Shown: positions 32,035 through 41,602, counted from the stretch's first letter. The stretch is DNA of 49,416 nucleotides from Erwinia sp. (GCF_031978025.1 NZ_DALZCD010000001.1:1-49416), one strand, 5' to 3'. Notes: a model not told the origin generated them from the letters alone. Translations and numbers: made by a program.

Positions 32035-32715
32035 ATGAAAATTTTAATGGTGCTGACTTCACATGGCCAGCTCGGTGATACCGGCAAGAAAACCGGCTTT
32101 TGGCTGGAGGAGTTTGCAGCGCCTTATTACATTTTCCGTGATGCGGGCATCAGCGTTGTGCTGGCCTCGCCCGCGGGCGGGCACCCGCCGCTCGACCCTA
32201 AAAGTGACGAGCCGGACGCGCAAACCGTTGATACTGAACGCTTCCGTAAAGATATCGCTGCGCAGCAGGCGCTGGCTAATACCCAGCAGCTGGGCAATAT
32301 CGACAGCAGCAAATTCGATGCGGTGTTTTACCCGGGCGGTCATGGCCCACTCTGGGATCTGGCAGAAGAGCGGCAGAGTATCGAACTGATTGAGAGCTTT
32401 TACGCCAACGGTAAACCGGTCGGAGCAGTTTGCCACGCGCCCGGCGTGCTGAAACGAGCGAAAAAGCCGGACGGTACGCCGCTGGTAGAAGGGAAACGCG
32501 TGACGGGTTTCAGCAACAGTGAAGAAAACGCTGTTGGCCTGACGAATGTGGTACCTTTCCTGGTTGAGGATACGCTCAGGGCGCTGGGCGGCAACTATGA
32601 AAAAACCTATGACTGGGGCAGTTTCGCCATTACCGATGGCCATCTGGTGACCGGCCAGAACCCTGGATCCTCCGTTGCCGCCGCCGAGGAGCTGCTGAAA
32701 CTGCTTCATCAATAA
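32035..32715 (+). CDS. DJ-1/PfpI family (type 1 glutamine amidotransferase-like) protein, possible glyoxalase III
   Basis: TGFWLEEFAAPY, PGGHGPLWDL, nucleophile elbow AVCHAP, TGQNP. Confidence 0.88.
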   Translation: MKILMVLTSHGQLGDTGKKTGFWLEEFAAPYYIFRDAGISVVLASPAGGHPPLDPKSDEPDAQTVDTERFRKDIAAQQALANTQQLGNIDSSKFDAVFYPGGHGPLWDLAEERQSIELIESFYANGKPVGAVCHAPGVLKRAKKPDGTPLVEGKRVTGFSNSEENAVGLTNVVPFLVEDTLRALGGNYEKTYDWGSFAITDGHLVTGQNPGSSVAAAEELLKLLHQ

Positions 32716-32728
32716 TGCAGGAGGGGAA

Positions 32729-33205
32729 ATGAAACTCTTTAGTCAGGATTTTAACGAGGGCGATAAGCTGCCGATGCGCCAGGTCTTTAACGGCATGGGT
32801 TACGAAGGCGATAATCTGTCGCCGCATCTGGCCTGGGATGACGTGCCGGCCGGCACCAAAAGTTTTGTCGTTACCTGTTTTGATCCCGATGCGCCGACCG
32901 GCTCCGGCTGGTGGCACTGGGGCGTGGCAAACCTGCCTGCCGACACGCGTGTCCTGCCGCAGGGTGCGGGTTCTGGCGTGGCCGAATTGCCTGCTGGCGC
33001 GGTGCAGACCCGCACGGATTTTGGCAAAGCGGGCTACGGCGGCGCGGCACCGCCGAAAGGCGAAAGCCACCGCTATATTTTTACCGTCTATGCGCTGGAC
33101 GTAGAAAAGCTGGAGGTGGACGAGCAGGCGAGCGGCGCAATGCTGGGCTTTAACGTTCATTTCCACCAGCTGGCGAGTGCTTCACTTACGGCTCTCTACA
33201 TCTGA
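32729..33205 (+). CDS. ybhB: YbhB/YbcL Raf kinase inhibitor-like (PEBP) protein
   Basis: FNGMGYEGDNLSPHLAW, DPDAPTGSGWWHW, GGAAPPKG..HRY. Confidence 0.93.
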   Translation: MKLFSQDFNEGDKLPMRQVFNGMGYEGDNLSPHLAWDDVPAGTKSFVVTCFDPDAPTGSGWWHWGVANLPADTRVLPQGAGSGVAELPAGAVQTRTDFGKAGYGGAAPPKGESHRYIFTVYALDVEKLEVDEQASGAMLGFNVHFHQLASASLTALYI

Positions 33206-33206
33206 T

Positions 33207-33236
33207 AAAAAAGGCGGCTACATGGCCGCCTTTTTT
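33207..33236. terminator. Bidirectional terminator between ybhB and pgl
   Basis: AAAAAAGGCGGC-TACATG-GCCGCCTTTTTT. Confidence 0.9.
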
Positions 33237-34231
33237 CAGATTTCAGTAATGGTGACCCACATCGGTCCCTGCCCTACCGCATAACGTCCCAGCGGCGTCA
33301 GCAATCCTCTTTCTTCCGTAATGCTATAGACCTCTATATGGTGCGATTTCTGCCCGGCCGCAATCAGGTAACGTCCACTGGCATCAATGTTAAAGCCGCG
33401 CGGCTGCGCTTCCGTTGGCTGATGACCTTCGACCGTCAACAGCCCGCCGTCCTCGCTGACGCTGAACGTGGTCAGCACGCTGGCGGTACGGTCGCAGGCG
33501 TAAAGGTGACGACCATTCGGGGTCAGACGAATATCGGCCGCCCAGCGCGTATCGCTGAAGCCTTCCGGCATCATATCCAGGCTCTGCACGCGCTCGACTT
33601 CGCCACGGGCATTGTTGAGCTGCCAGACGTCTACCGTGCTGTCCAGTTCGTTTACGCAGTAGGCGTACTGCTGGTTCGGATGGAACACCATATGGCGCGG
33701 GCCTGCGCCTTCAACCGTGTTGACCTGAGGCTGCGCGTGCGGCAGCAGCTGGCCATCTTCCTGTAAATCAAACAGGCAGATACGGTCCTGTTTCAGTGCC
33801 GGCACAAACAGCGTTTCGTTGTTCAGATCGATGTTAGCCGAATGGCAACCGTCCAGGCCTTTAATCACCTGTAACGGCTCGCCGGGCAGGCCTTGCTCAT
33901 CCAGCGGCGTCACGCTGACGCAGGCGTCATTATAAGAACCGGTGAAAATAAAGCGTCCCTGGCGATCGGTGGAAATATGCGTCGGGCTGCCCGGCAGCGG
34001 CGCTTCTGCCACTTTGGTCAGCTTGCCTTCGCTGTCGATACGAAAAGCGATAACGCGAAAATCGGGGCGGATACCGACATACAGAAAAGCTTTATTGGGG
34101 CTGACCACCATGGGCTGAACCTGGCCTGGCAGATCGACCACCTGCAGCAGCGTCAGCGCGCCCTGTGGGTCAAGCTGCCAGGCATGGATCTGCCCACTTT
34201 CTGGGCTGGCGGTATAAACGACTTGTTTCAT
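33236..34231 (-). CDS. pgl: 6-phosphogluconolactonase
   Basis: [44 protein letters not shown]. Confidence 0.95.
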   Translation of the reverse strand: MKQVVYTASPESGQIHAWQLDPQGALTLLQVVDLPGQVQPMVVSPNKAFLYVGIRPDFRVIAFRIDSEGKLTKVAEAPLPGSPTHISTDRQGRFIFTGSYNDACVSVTPLDEQGLPGEPLQVIKGLDGCHSANIDLNNETLFVPALKQDRICLFDLQEDGQLLPHAQPQVNTVEGAGPRHMVFHPNQQYAYCVNELDSTVDVWQLNNARGEVERVQSLDMMPEGFSDTRWAADIRLTPNGRHLYACDRTASVLTTFSVSEDGGLLTVEGHQPTEAQPRGFNIDASGRYLIAAGQKSHHIEVYSITEERGLLTPLGRYAVGQGPMWVTITEI

Positions 34232-34379
34232 GAATGCTCCTTTTTCAGGTCAATCGGGTCTGCTTCAGCGTAGCGCGTTTTTGTCGGCCACGCAGGCGGA
34301 TTTGTGCCGGGCGGTTTTGCCAGTGCCGTCACAGGGTGTAGACTCAAAACTCGTTTTCTAATCACATTCGGAACGATTT

Positions 34380-35198
34380 ATGAGTTATCGCGTTATTGCT
34401 TTAGATCTGGACGGTACGCTGCTGACGCCACGTAAGACCATTCTTCCTGAGTCGCTGGAAGCGCTGCAAAAGGCCCGGCAGGCTGGCATCAAGATTGTGA
34501 TCGTGACCGGTCGTCATCACGTCGCTATCCATCCTTTTTATCAGGCGCTGGCGCTTGATACACCTGCAATCTGCTGTAATGGCGCCTACTTGTATGATTA
34601 TCAAGCTAAAAAGGTCATATCCGCCGATCCGCTGCCAACAGAGCAGGCGCTGCGGGTGATCGAAAAACTGGAAGAGGCTGCCATTCATGGCCTGCTGTAT
34701 GTTGATAACGCGATGCTTTACCAGACCGAAACCGGCCACGTTACCCGCGCCATTAACTGGGGACTGTCGCTACCGGAACATCAACGCCCAACGTTTATTA
34801 AGGTGCCGAGCCTGAGCCGCGCCGCGAAAGAGGCTGAATCAATCTGGAAATTTGCGCTGTCCTATCCTGACACCCGCGCGCTGCAACAGTTTGCCGATGA
34901 AGTGGAGCAGGAAATGGGCCTCGCCTGTGAATGGTCCTGGCACGATCAGGTGGATATCGCCAGGGCGGGCAACAGCAAAGGGAAACGGCTGGCAGAATGG
35001 GTTAACGCTCAGGGCTATCAAATGCACGACGTGCTCGCCTTCGGGGATAACTATAACGATTTGAGCATGTTGGAAAACGTTGGGCTGGGCGTGGCGATGG
35101 GTAATGCAGACGACGCTATCAAAGCGCGCGCGCATCGGGTTATCGGCACTAATCTGGAACCGGGCATTGCTCAGACCATCTGTCAGGAAGTGCTGTAA
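34380..35198 (+). CDS. ybhA: Pyridoxal phosphatase, Cof-type HAD hydrolase
   Basis: DLDGTLL, TGRHH, CEWSWHDQVD, FGDNYND; syntenic between pgl and modC. Confidence 0.92.
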   Translation: MSYRVIALDLDGTLLTPRKTILPESLEALQKARQAGIKIVIVTGRHHVAIHPFYQALALDTPAICCNGAYLYDYQAKKVISADPLPTEQALRVIEKLEEAAIHGLLYVDNAMLYQTETGHVTRAINWGLSLPEHQRPTFIKVPSLSRAAKEAESIWKFALSYPDTRALQQFADEVEQEMGLACEWSWHDQVDIARAGNSKGKRLAEWVNAQGYQMHDVLAFGDNYNDLSMLENVGLGVAMGNADDAIKARAHRVIGTNLEPGIAQTICQEVL

Positions 35199-35217
35199 CA
35201 GTCAGGGGGAGGGCTTC

Positions 35218-35391
35218 GCCTGTTGACGCAGGCCTTTGCTGACGATGTTGGCCTGCTAACGCAGCTTTACTGGAAATCTTTGCTCGTCGCTAAAGATTTC
35301 TGCCTGTTAATGAAAGGCTTGCTGAAGAGGTTCGCCCATCTTCGCCTATCAACACAGGGCCTGGCTAAAAATCCCTCACCTGCTAACGCAG
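35218..35391 (+). repeat. Degenerate direct-repeat array (core GCCTGYTAACGCAG) between ybhA and modC
   Basis: Cores at 35218 GCCTGTTGACGCAG, 35251 GCCTGCTAACGCAG, 35302 GCCTGTTAATGAAA, 35344 GCCTATCAACACAG, 35378 ACCTGCTAACGCAG. Confidence 0.65.
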
Positions 35392-35441
35392 AAGGCCGCC
35401 AGCTGCATAAACGTGGCGAAGATGTATAAAAGCGGGCGCAC

Positions 35442-36500
35442 TCAGGCGGCGATCGCCACGCTTTTAATCTGCGCGTAAAGCCACATGCCCGGTTTAATCA
35501 TCAGCTCGTCGCGTGCCCACGGAGTGATCCGCGCCCAGAGTTCGCTTTGCCCTATCAACAACTTCACCTCAACCTGATTATCAATATCCAGCAGTTCGCC
35601 GACCTGGGCCGGGATGACATTGCGGATAGTACTGTTAAGCGGCGGTTGCAGAACCAGCGAGACGTCGGCGGCCTGAATGCGAAGACGCAGCGGCGTTTTC
35701 AGCGGCACGTCAATACGGCTGACCCAGATATGCTGATCGCCCAGTGAAAGCGCCGTCATCGCATAGTGCGGATGCTGTTCCAGTACCTGCACCCTCAGCA
35801 CGCTGCTCTGCTCGGCGCGCGGTAGCCACGGGCGCATAGCGCTGCTGCCCCAGACTTTTTCCAGCGTCCCGGAGGCTTTTACCTCGCCCTTATCCAGCAC
35901 CAGCACGTTATCGGCCAGCTGAATAATCTCTTCAAGGCTGTGGCTGACGTACAGTACCGGGATAGCCACCTTTTTCGCCAGCGCCTGCAAATAGGGCAAC
36001 AGCTCGCGCTTTCGCGGTAAGTCCAGCGAGGCCAGCGGCTCGTCCATCAGTAAAATTTCCGGTGCGCTGAGCAGGGCGCGGCCTATCGCCACCCGCTGCT
36101 TTTCTCCACCGGAAAGCGAAAAAGGAAAGCGCGACAGCAGCTCACCGATGCCTAACAGCTCTACCAGCTCATCAAACTGCGAGCGCATCGTTTTCGCCAT
36201 GCCGTATTCGAGGTTGCCTTTCACCTTGTAGTGCGGGAAAAGACGCGCATCCTGAAATACATAGCCGATACGGCGCTTTTCCGGCGGCAGATTCACCCTG
36301 GCCTGGGCATCAAACAGCACTCTGTCATTCAGCGTAATACGGCCTTCCTGCGGCGTGGTCAGGCCGCCGATAGCGTTAATCAGCGAGGTTTTCCCGGCGC
36401 CGGATACGCCGAAAACGGCCGTGATGCCCTCTGCCGGTATTGTCGTGTTGACCTGCAAAGTGTGGTCGCCAAGGCGCTGAGAAATATCAAGCTCTAACAT
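35442..36500 (-). CDS. modC: Molybdate ABC transporter ATP-binding protein
   Basis: [25 protein letters not shown]-terminal TOBE domain (YAQIKSV). Confidence 0.95.
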   Translation of the reverse strand: MLELDISQRLGDHTLQVNTTIPAEGITAVFGVSGAGKTSLINAIGGLTTPQEGRITLNDRVLFDAQARVNLPPEKRRIGYVFQDARLFPHYKVKGNLEYGMAKTMRSQFDELVELLGIGELLSRFPFSLSGGEKQRVAIGRALLSAPEILLMDEPLASLDLPRKRELLPYLQALAKKVAIPVLYVSHSLEEIIQLADNVLVLDKGEVKASGTLEKVWGSSAMRPWLPRAEQSSVLRVQVLEQHPHYAMTALSLGDQHIWVSRIDVPLKTPLRLRIQAADVSLVLQPPLNSTIRNVIPAQVGELLDIDNQVEVKLLIGQSELWARITPWARDELMIKPGMWLYAQIKSVAIAA

Positions 36501-37189
36501 GCCATCCCCAACCTTTTACGTCCCCAGCGCGCCAGCCATTCCGACAGCCACAGCGAACAAAGAGCCAGCGCAATGGCGATCGCACAAAGCCTGGCCGCCG
36601 CGTTTTCCGCGCCTGGCGTTTCAATCAGCGTATACATAGCGGAAGGCAGCGTGCGGGTCTCCCCGGGAATGTTAGAGACAAAGGTGATGGTCGCACCGAA
36701 TTCCCCCAGCGAGCGGGCGAAGGCGAGCACCGTGCCGGCGATGATGCCGGGTAGCGTCAGCGGCAGCGTAATGGTAAAAAACACCCGCCAGCGACCCGCG
36801 CCCAGCGTACGTGCCGCCAGCTCCAGTCGCCCGTCGACGCTTTCCAACGCCAGGCGGATCGCCCGCACCATCAGCGGAAAGGCGACCACGGCGGAGGCCA
36901 GCGCCGCGCCGCGCCAGCTAAAAGCAAAGGTAAAACCAAACCAGTCATAAAGATAGCGCCCAAGAAAACCGCGCCTGCCGAACCCTAACAGCAGCAAATA
37001 GCCGACCACCACCGGCGGCAGCACCAGCGGCAGGTGGATCAGGCTGTCGAGCAGCGTTTTGCCGGGGAAACGGCAGCGTACCAGCACCCAGGCCGCTACT
37101 ATGCCCAACGGCAGGCTGAATAACACCGCCACGCTGGAGACTTTCAGGCTGAGCAAAACAGCCTGCCATTCGGGTTCGCTGACTATCAC
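36494..37189 (-). CDS. modB: Molybdate ABC transporter permease
   Basis: [20 protein letters not shown] (EAA-like), [14 protein letters not shown] start overlaps the modA stop. Confidence 0.95.
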   Translation of the reverse strand: MIVSEPEWQAVLLSLKVSSVAVLFSLPLGIVAAWVLVRCRFPGKTLLDSLIHLPLVLPPVVVGYLLLLGFGRRGFLGRYLYDWFGFTFAFSWRGAALASAVVAFPLMVRAIRLALESVDGRLELAARTLGAGRWRVFFTITLPLTLPGIIAGTVLAFARSLGEFGATITFVSNIPGETRTLPSAMYTLIETPGAENAAARLCAIAIALALCSLWLSEWLARWGRKRLGMAC

Positions 37190-37956
37190 AGAGGCGTAAA
37201 TCCGTAGTGTTTAAACACGGCCGCAGCTTCCGGCCCTTTAAGGTAATGGTAAAATGCGGTGACGCTGGCCGAATCATGGCCTTTAACTTTCGCCATCGGA
37301 TACTCCACCGGCTTGTGGCTGTCTGCCGGGAAAACCCCGACCACGGCCACTTTGCTGCTGGCTACCGCGTCGGAACCATAAACGATGCCGTAAGGCGTTT
37401 CATTACGTTCTACCAGCGCCAGCGCGGCTCGCACGCTGTTCCCCCTTGCCAACATCGGTTCCAGCGTGGTCCAGGCACCCAGCGACTGCAAAGCCTCTTT
37501 GGCGTAGATCCCTGCCGGTACATGATCCGGGTCGCCTACTGACAGACGTTGCCCCTGCAACAGGCTTTTCCAGTCGGTCTTTTTCGACAGCGTGACCGGC
37601 GGAGATTTCGCTTCTGCTGGCGCCACCAGCACCAGCTCATTGCCTAACAGCGTATAGCGGCTGGCTTCATCAATGCTTTTTTTCTGCGCGGCGTAGTCCA
37701 TCCATTGCTGATCGGCAGAGATGAACAGATCGGCAGGTGCCCCCTGCTCTATTTGTCGTGCAAGCGTAGAAGAAGAGGCAAAAGAGGAGACGATTTTTAC
37801 CTCTTTTCCCTGCTGATAACGGGTAGCGATATCCTGCAGCGCATTGGTCAGGGAAGCGGCCGCAAAAACGGTAATGTTTTCAGCCGCCACGGCCTGCCCG
37901 GCCAGGCTCACTGTGGCTACAGCCCCGATAAAGAACAGGCGTAATTTCACAGACAT
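37186..37956 (-). CDS. modA: Molybdate ABC transporter substrate-binding protein
   Basis: ATG at 37956; signal peptide, VFAAASL, SFASSSTLARQI, DPDHVPAGIYA, VYGSDA. Confidence 0.95.
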   Translation of the reverse strand: MSVKLRLFFIGAVATVSLAGQAVAAENITVFAAASLTNALQDIATRYQQGKEVKIVSSFASSSTLARQIEQGAPADLFISADQQWMDYAAQKKSIDEASRYTLLGNELVLVAPAEAKSPPVTLSKKTDWKSLLQGQRLSVGDPDHVPAGIYAKEALQSLGAWTTLEPMLARGNSVRAALALVERNETPYGIVYGSDAVASSKVAVVGVFPADSHKPVEYPMAKVKGHDSASVTAFYHYLKGPEAAAVFKHYGFTPL

Positions 37957-37974
37957 AGTTTTCTCCGAAGGGTT

Positions 37975-38000
37975 CGTTATGTAGCCTTCACTATAACGAT
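37975..38000. promoter_or_regulatory. ModE operator of modABC
   Basis: Minus strand ATCGTTATAGTGAAGGCTACATAACG, a ModE-type inverted repeat about 20 bp upstream of modA. Confidence 0.85.
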
Positions 38001-38022
38001 TTAACACCCGCTGTCATGGTTA

Positions 38023-38049
38023 TTATCGGCAGAAACAGGGAGAAAGTAA
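38023..38049 (-). promoter_or_regulatory. Possible sigma28 (FliA) promoter upstream of modA
   Basis: Minus strand TTAC-N15-GCCGATAA: perfect -10, weak -35. Confidence 0.45.
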
Positions 38050-38059
38050 GGTGGATGGC

Positions 38060-38088
38060 AAAAAAATAGCGCCCGGTGTTGCCGGGCG
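38060..38088 (-). terminator. Terminator after acrZ
   Basis: Minus strand CGCCCGG-CAACA-CCGGGCG-CTATTTTTTT. Confidence 0.75.
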
Positions 38089-38102
38089 TATCGGGCAGAG
38101 AT

Positions 38103-38258
38103 CTAGCGGCGGTCTTTCGCGGGCTGCTCTTTACGATGACCGATTGTTGAAATGACGTTAAAGACTTCGCCAAGGCCGTAGATCAGGCCAAGGATAATCG
38201 CCATCACCACGGGAACCATGAGGATCGCTTCTGCAAGACCAATAAGTAATTCCAGCAT
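38103..38258 (-). CDS. acrZ: Multidrug efflux pump accessory small protein AcrZ (51 aa; not in the ORF track)
   Basis: Manual translation [57 protein letters not shown]; between modA and modE as in E. coli. Confidence 0.93.
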   Translation of the reverse strand: MLELLIGLAEAILMVPVVMAIILGLIYGLGEVFNVISTIGHRKEQPAKDRR

Positions 38259-38402
38259 GGTATTTTTCCTCACTGAATAAAAGAAGTTATTGTATCCATA
38301 GCGGAAAAAAGTGCACTGACCTTTTGTGCGTTTTACCTGTTTTTACGTCCCTCGGGCGCAACGGTGTACAATTCGGAAAATCCTTTTTTACCAGGAGCGA
38401 CT

Positions 38403-39182
38403 ATGCAGGCTGAGCTTTCCCTAATCCTGAAATTACAAAAACGGCTTTTTGCCGATCCTCGCCGTATCGAGTTGCTTAAACAGATTGCGGCGACGGGCTC
38501 GATCAGTCAGGGCGCGAAGATGGCCGGAATCAGTTATAAAAGCGCATGGGATGCCATTAACGAGATGAATACCCTGGCCGACCGCATGCTGGTAGAACGG
38601 GCTACGGGTGGCAAAGGCGGCGGCGGCGCACAGGTCACGCCGTACGGTGAGCGGTTGATCCAACTTTTCGCGCTGCTGGAGCAGATTCAGCAAAAAGCGT
38701 TTGATGTGTTGCAGGACGACGTGCCGTTAGGCAGCCTGCTGGGTGCCATTGCCCGCTTTTCACTCCAAACCAGCGCTCGCAACCAGCTGTTCGGCACTCT
38801 GGTGCAGCGTGACGCGCAAACGGTGCAGCAGCACGTTGAGATCCTGCTGGCCAACGGCGAAACATGCATTAAAGCTGCCCTCACCGAGCAGAGCGCTAAT
38901 CGTCTTGAATTAACGCCGGGCAAAGAGGTGCTGGTACTGATCAAAGCACCGTGGATAGATGTTACTCAATCAACCAGCGAGGCTGATAACCAACTCGAAG
39001 GCGTGTTAAGCGAGTTGATTAAGGGCGACACCCACAGCGAAGCCTTGGTGACGCTGCCGGGCGGCGAAACGCTGTGTGCCACCTTAACCAACCAGCGCGC
39101 ACAGGAGCAAAATCTTCAGCCTGGCGCGGCGGTGACAGCACATTTTAATGCCGATCGCGTGATTATCGCCACGCTGCTCTGA
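38403..39182 (+). CDS. modE: Molybdenum-dependent transcriptional regulator ModE
   Basis: ATG at 38403 after AGGAG; GSISQGAK..GISYKSAWDA, TGGKGGGGA, TSARNQ TOBE domains. Confidence 0.95.
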   Translation: MQAELSLILKLQKRLFADPRRIELLKQIAATGSISQGAKMAGISYKSAWDAINEMNTLADRMLVERATGGKGGGGAQVTPYGERLIQLFALLEQIQQKAFDVLQDDVPLGSLLGAIARFSLQTSARNQLFGTLVQRDAQTVQQHVEILLANGETCIKAALTEQSANRLELTPGKEVLVLIKAPWIDVTQSTSEADNQLEGVLSELIKGDTHSEALVTLPGGETLCATLTNQRAQEQNLQPGAAVTAHFNADRVIIATLL

Positions 39183-39258
39183 AAACGGCGACGCCATTTG
39201 ACAGTCCCGCCGTCCAGCGTCGATAGTGAAGGAAACAATGCATAAAATGGAATAAACA

Positions 39259-40716
39259 ATGTCTACGTTGCAAATTTCGCAAGGCACGTTTCATCTTAGC
39301 GCGACCCGAAACCTGACGCTGCCGGCGCTACAGATTCAGGCTGGCGAAAGCTGGGCTTTTGTCGGCGCTAACGCCAGCGGCAAATCTTCCCTGGCGCGCG
39401 CGCTGGCGGGCGAGCTTGCCGCCGCCAAAGGCGAAGTGGCGAATACCTTCCGCCCTGTTCGTCTTTCTCTTGAGCAATTACAGAAGCTGGTTTCCGAAGA
39501 GTGGCAGCGTAACAACACCGATATGCTCAGTCCGGATGAAGACGATACCGGCCGTACCGCGGCTGACATTATCCAGGAAGAGGTACGCGATGAGGCTCGC
39601 TGTCGCCAGCTGGCGGACACTTTTGGCATTACTGCGCTGCTCAACCGGCGGTTCAAATATCTCTCGACCGGCGAAACCCGCAAGACGCTGCTTTGTCAGG
39701 CGCTGATGGCCCGGCCGGATTTGCTGATCCTTGACGAGCCTTTCGACGGGCTGGATGTTGCTTCGCGCGCCAATCTGGCTCAGGTCCTTGCGCAACTGCA
39801 CCAGCAGGGCCACACGGTGGTGCTGGTGCTGAATCGTTTTGACGATATTCCTGACTTCGTCGATCGGGTTGGCGTGCTGGCTGAATGTGAGCTGACGCAT
39901 GTAGGTGGCCGTGAAGAAATCCTGGCCGAGGCGCTGGTCGCGCAGCTGGCCCACAGTGAAAATTTGCAGGGTATGGCGCTGCCGGAAGCCGACGACGCGT
40001 CGGCAGCCCTGCCGCCGCAGACGCCACGGGTGGTGCTGCGTGACGGCGTGGTTTCTTATAACGATCGTCCCGTGCTTAATCATCTTGACTGGACGGTACA
40101 GGCGGGCGAGCACTGGCAGATTGTCGGTCCAAACGGCGCGGGAAAATCAACGTTGCTGAGTCTGATTACGGGCGATCATCCGCAGGGCTACAGCAATGAC
40201 TTAACGCTGTTTGGACGCCGTCGCGGCAGTGGCGAAACCATTTGGGAGATCAAACAGCATATTGGCTACGTTAGCAGCAGCCTCCATCTGGATTACCGCG
40301 TCAGCAGCAGCGTGCGCAACGTGATTCTCTCCGGTTACTTTGACTCCATCGGCATTTATCAGGCCGTTTCCGATCGGCAACAAAAGCTGGCGGAGCAGTG
40401 GCTACAGCGGCTGGGCATGCTTGCTATGGCAGACACGCCTTTTAAAAGTCTCTCATGGGGTCAGCAGCGGCTGGTGCTGATAGCCCGCGCGCTGGTTAAA
40501 CATCCCGCACTGCTGATTCTGGATGAGCCTTTACAGGGGCTGGATTCGATTAACCGCCAGCTGGTCCGTCGCTTTGTGGATGTCCTGATTGGCGAGGGGG
40601 CTACGCAGCTTCTTTTCGTTTCCCACCATGCCGAAGATGCGCCACAGTGCATCACCCATCGCCTGACCTTCGTGCCGGAGGGCGACAGCTATCGCTATCA
40701 GCAAGAAAGGCTCTGA
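39259..40716 (+). CDS. modF: ABC ATP-binding protein ModF (two NBDs)
   Basis: GANASGKS...LSTGETRK and GPNGAGKS...LSWGQQR; follows modE. Confidence 0.93.
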   Translation: MSTLQISQGTFHLSATRNLTLPALQIQAGESWAFVGANASGKSSLARALAGELAAAKGEVANTFRPVRLSLEQLQKLVSEEWQRNNTDMLSPDEDDTGRTAADIIQEEVRDEARCRQLADTFGITALLNRRFKYLSTGETRKTLLCQALMARPDLLILDEPFDGLDVASRANLAQVLAQLHQQGHTVVLVLNRFDDIPDFVDRVGVLAECELTHVGGREEILAEALVAQLAHSENLQGMALPEADDASAALPPQTPRVVLRDGVVSYNDRPVLNHLDWTVQAGEHWQIVGPNGAGKSTLLSLITGDHPQGYSNDLTLFGRRRGSGETIWEIKQHIGYVSSSLHLDYRVSSSVRNVILSGYFDSIGIYQAVSDRQQKLAEQWLQRLGMLAMADTPFKSLSWGQQRLVLIARALVKHPALLILDEPLQGLDSINRQLVRRFVDVLIGEGATQLLFVSHHAEDAPQCITHRLTFVPEGDSYRYQQERL

Positions 40717-40728
40717 ATCAGTTTCTGC

Positions 40729-40746
40729 GCCAGCCGTAAGGCTGGC
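40729..40746 (+). terminator. Hairpin after modF
   Basis: GCCAGCC-GTAA-GGCTGGC, GNRA loop; weak U-tract. Confidence 0.5.
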
Positions 40747-41226
40747 TTAAAGCCCTTCTGCAGGCTGCTCATCAGAACTGAAAAATCCGTTTTCACGTTG
40801 TCTGAACGTATGCCCCCCTTCGTTTTCTCATAGAGCTGAAGCAGGAGCCTTCTTCAGGCTGCTCGCAGAGCAGGAACAAAGCAGGTTTTTATCCCGCCCC
40901 TGGGCTGTACACCCGCTTTCATTCTGCCCGTAAAGTCGATACATAAAGCCTTCAAAACCCCCGTAATGCCGCGACAAGCCGTTATGGCATCCGATACGGG
41001 CAGTCGCCCGAAACCCGACGGCGGCTTTCGGCATCCGGGCAAGCAGCTTATGTCAGTTTCTGCTGTTTTTTGGGCGGTGCCAGCCAGCAGCATATTGACG
41101 AACGCACTTGCCCCGCCAGACAGGCAAACCTGCCCTGCCCGAAAAGCGCAACCCTCCTGCCTGCCGTAGCCGTGGATGTCAGATAGCTCTCCCATGGCAA
41201 CAGAGGAGTGAGTATTTTACCGCCTT

Positions 41227-41303
41227 GTATGTTGGCACTACTTTCAGTCAGGCTTTGGTATGTAGTTATTAAATCCCCCACCCCTTTAAGTATGTTGGCA
41301 CTA
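41227..41303 (+). repeat. Phased 14-bp direct repeats GTATGTTGGCACTA
   Basis: Exact copies at 41227 and 41290; 10/14 copy GTATGTAGTTATTA at 41258; spacings 31 and 32 bp. Confidence 0.75.
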
Positions 41304-41410
41304 AACTCTTGCTCGATCCGAAAGTGCGCCTTTTGCCAAAATATCGTCCGATTAATCTGATAATCCTTAGCCCGGCTTTTAGCCCCACCCACCGCCAGGT
41401 GGCTGCCCTC

Positions 41411-41426
41411 GTGTAACCGCTACCAC
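41411..41426. promoter_or_regulatory. GalR/GalS operator (OI-like sequence), upstream of the OE-like site
   Basis: GTGTAACCGCTACCAC; reverse complement GTGGTAGCGGTTACAC resembles E. coli OI. Confidence 0.7.
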
Positions 41427-41498
41427 TATAAGGTTTGTCAGTTCAGTTTTTTATGGATTAAACAAGCGCGAAACCTGCCTCTTCGGAATTTTCAGCTT

Positions 41499-41560
41499 GT
41501 GTAAACGATTCCATTTATTCACACTCGATCACGCTTTATTGCTTCGCGCTGTGCTATTTT
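41499..41560 (+). promoter_or_regulatory. gal promoter: OE-like GalR operator, CRP-like site and extended -10
   Basis: GTGTAAACGATTCCAT (41499-41514), then TTATTCACACTCGATCACGCTTT, then TG-C-TATTTT (41552-41560); same order as the E. coli gal promoter. Confidence 0.75.
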
Positions 41561-41602
41561 TCTTTCAGACTTGCAGGCATCACCAGGTAATCAGGACTCA
41601 AT

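Noticed and set aside
35218..35391. Possible CRISPR array
   Set aside because: Repeat cores are only about 14 bp and degenerate, spacing is irregular (33-51 bp), spacers share similarity, and no cas gene is present in the window.
41233..41312. TGGCAC motifs as sigma54 promoters
   Set aside because: Neither copy has GC at the required GG-N10-GC spacing.
40854..41392. Small ORFs between modF and galT as a galE or galR pseudogene
   Set aside because: The provided translations show no GalE motifs (GGxGYIG, YxxxK) and no LacI HTH; not called without a tblastn search.
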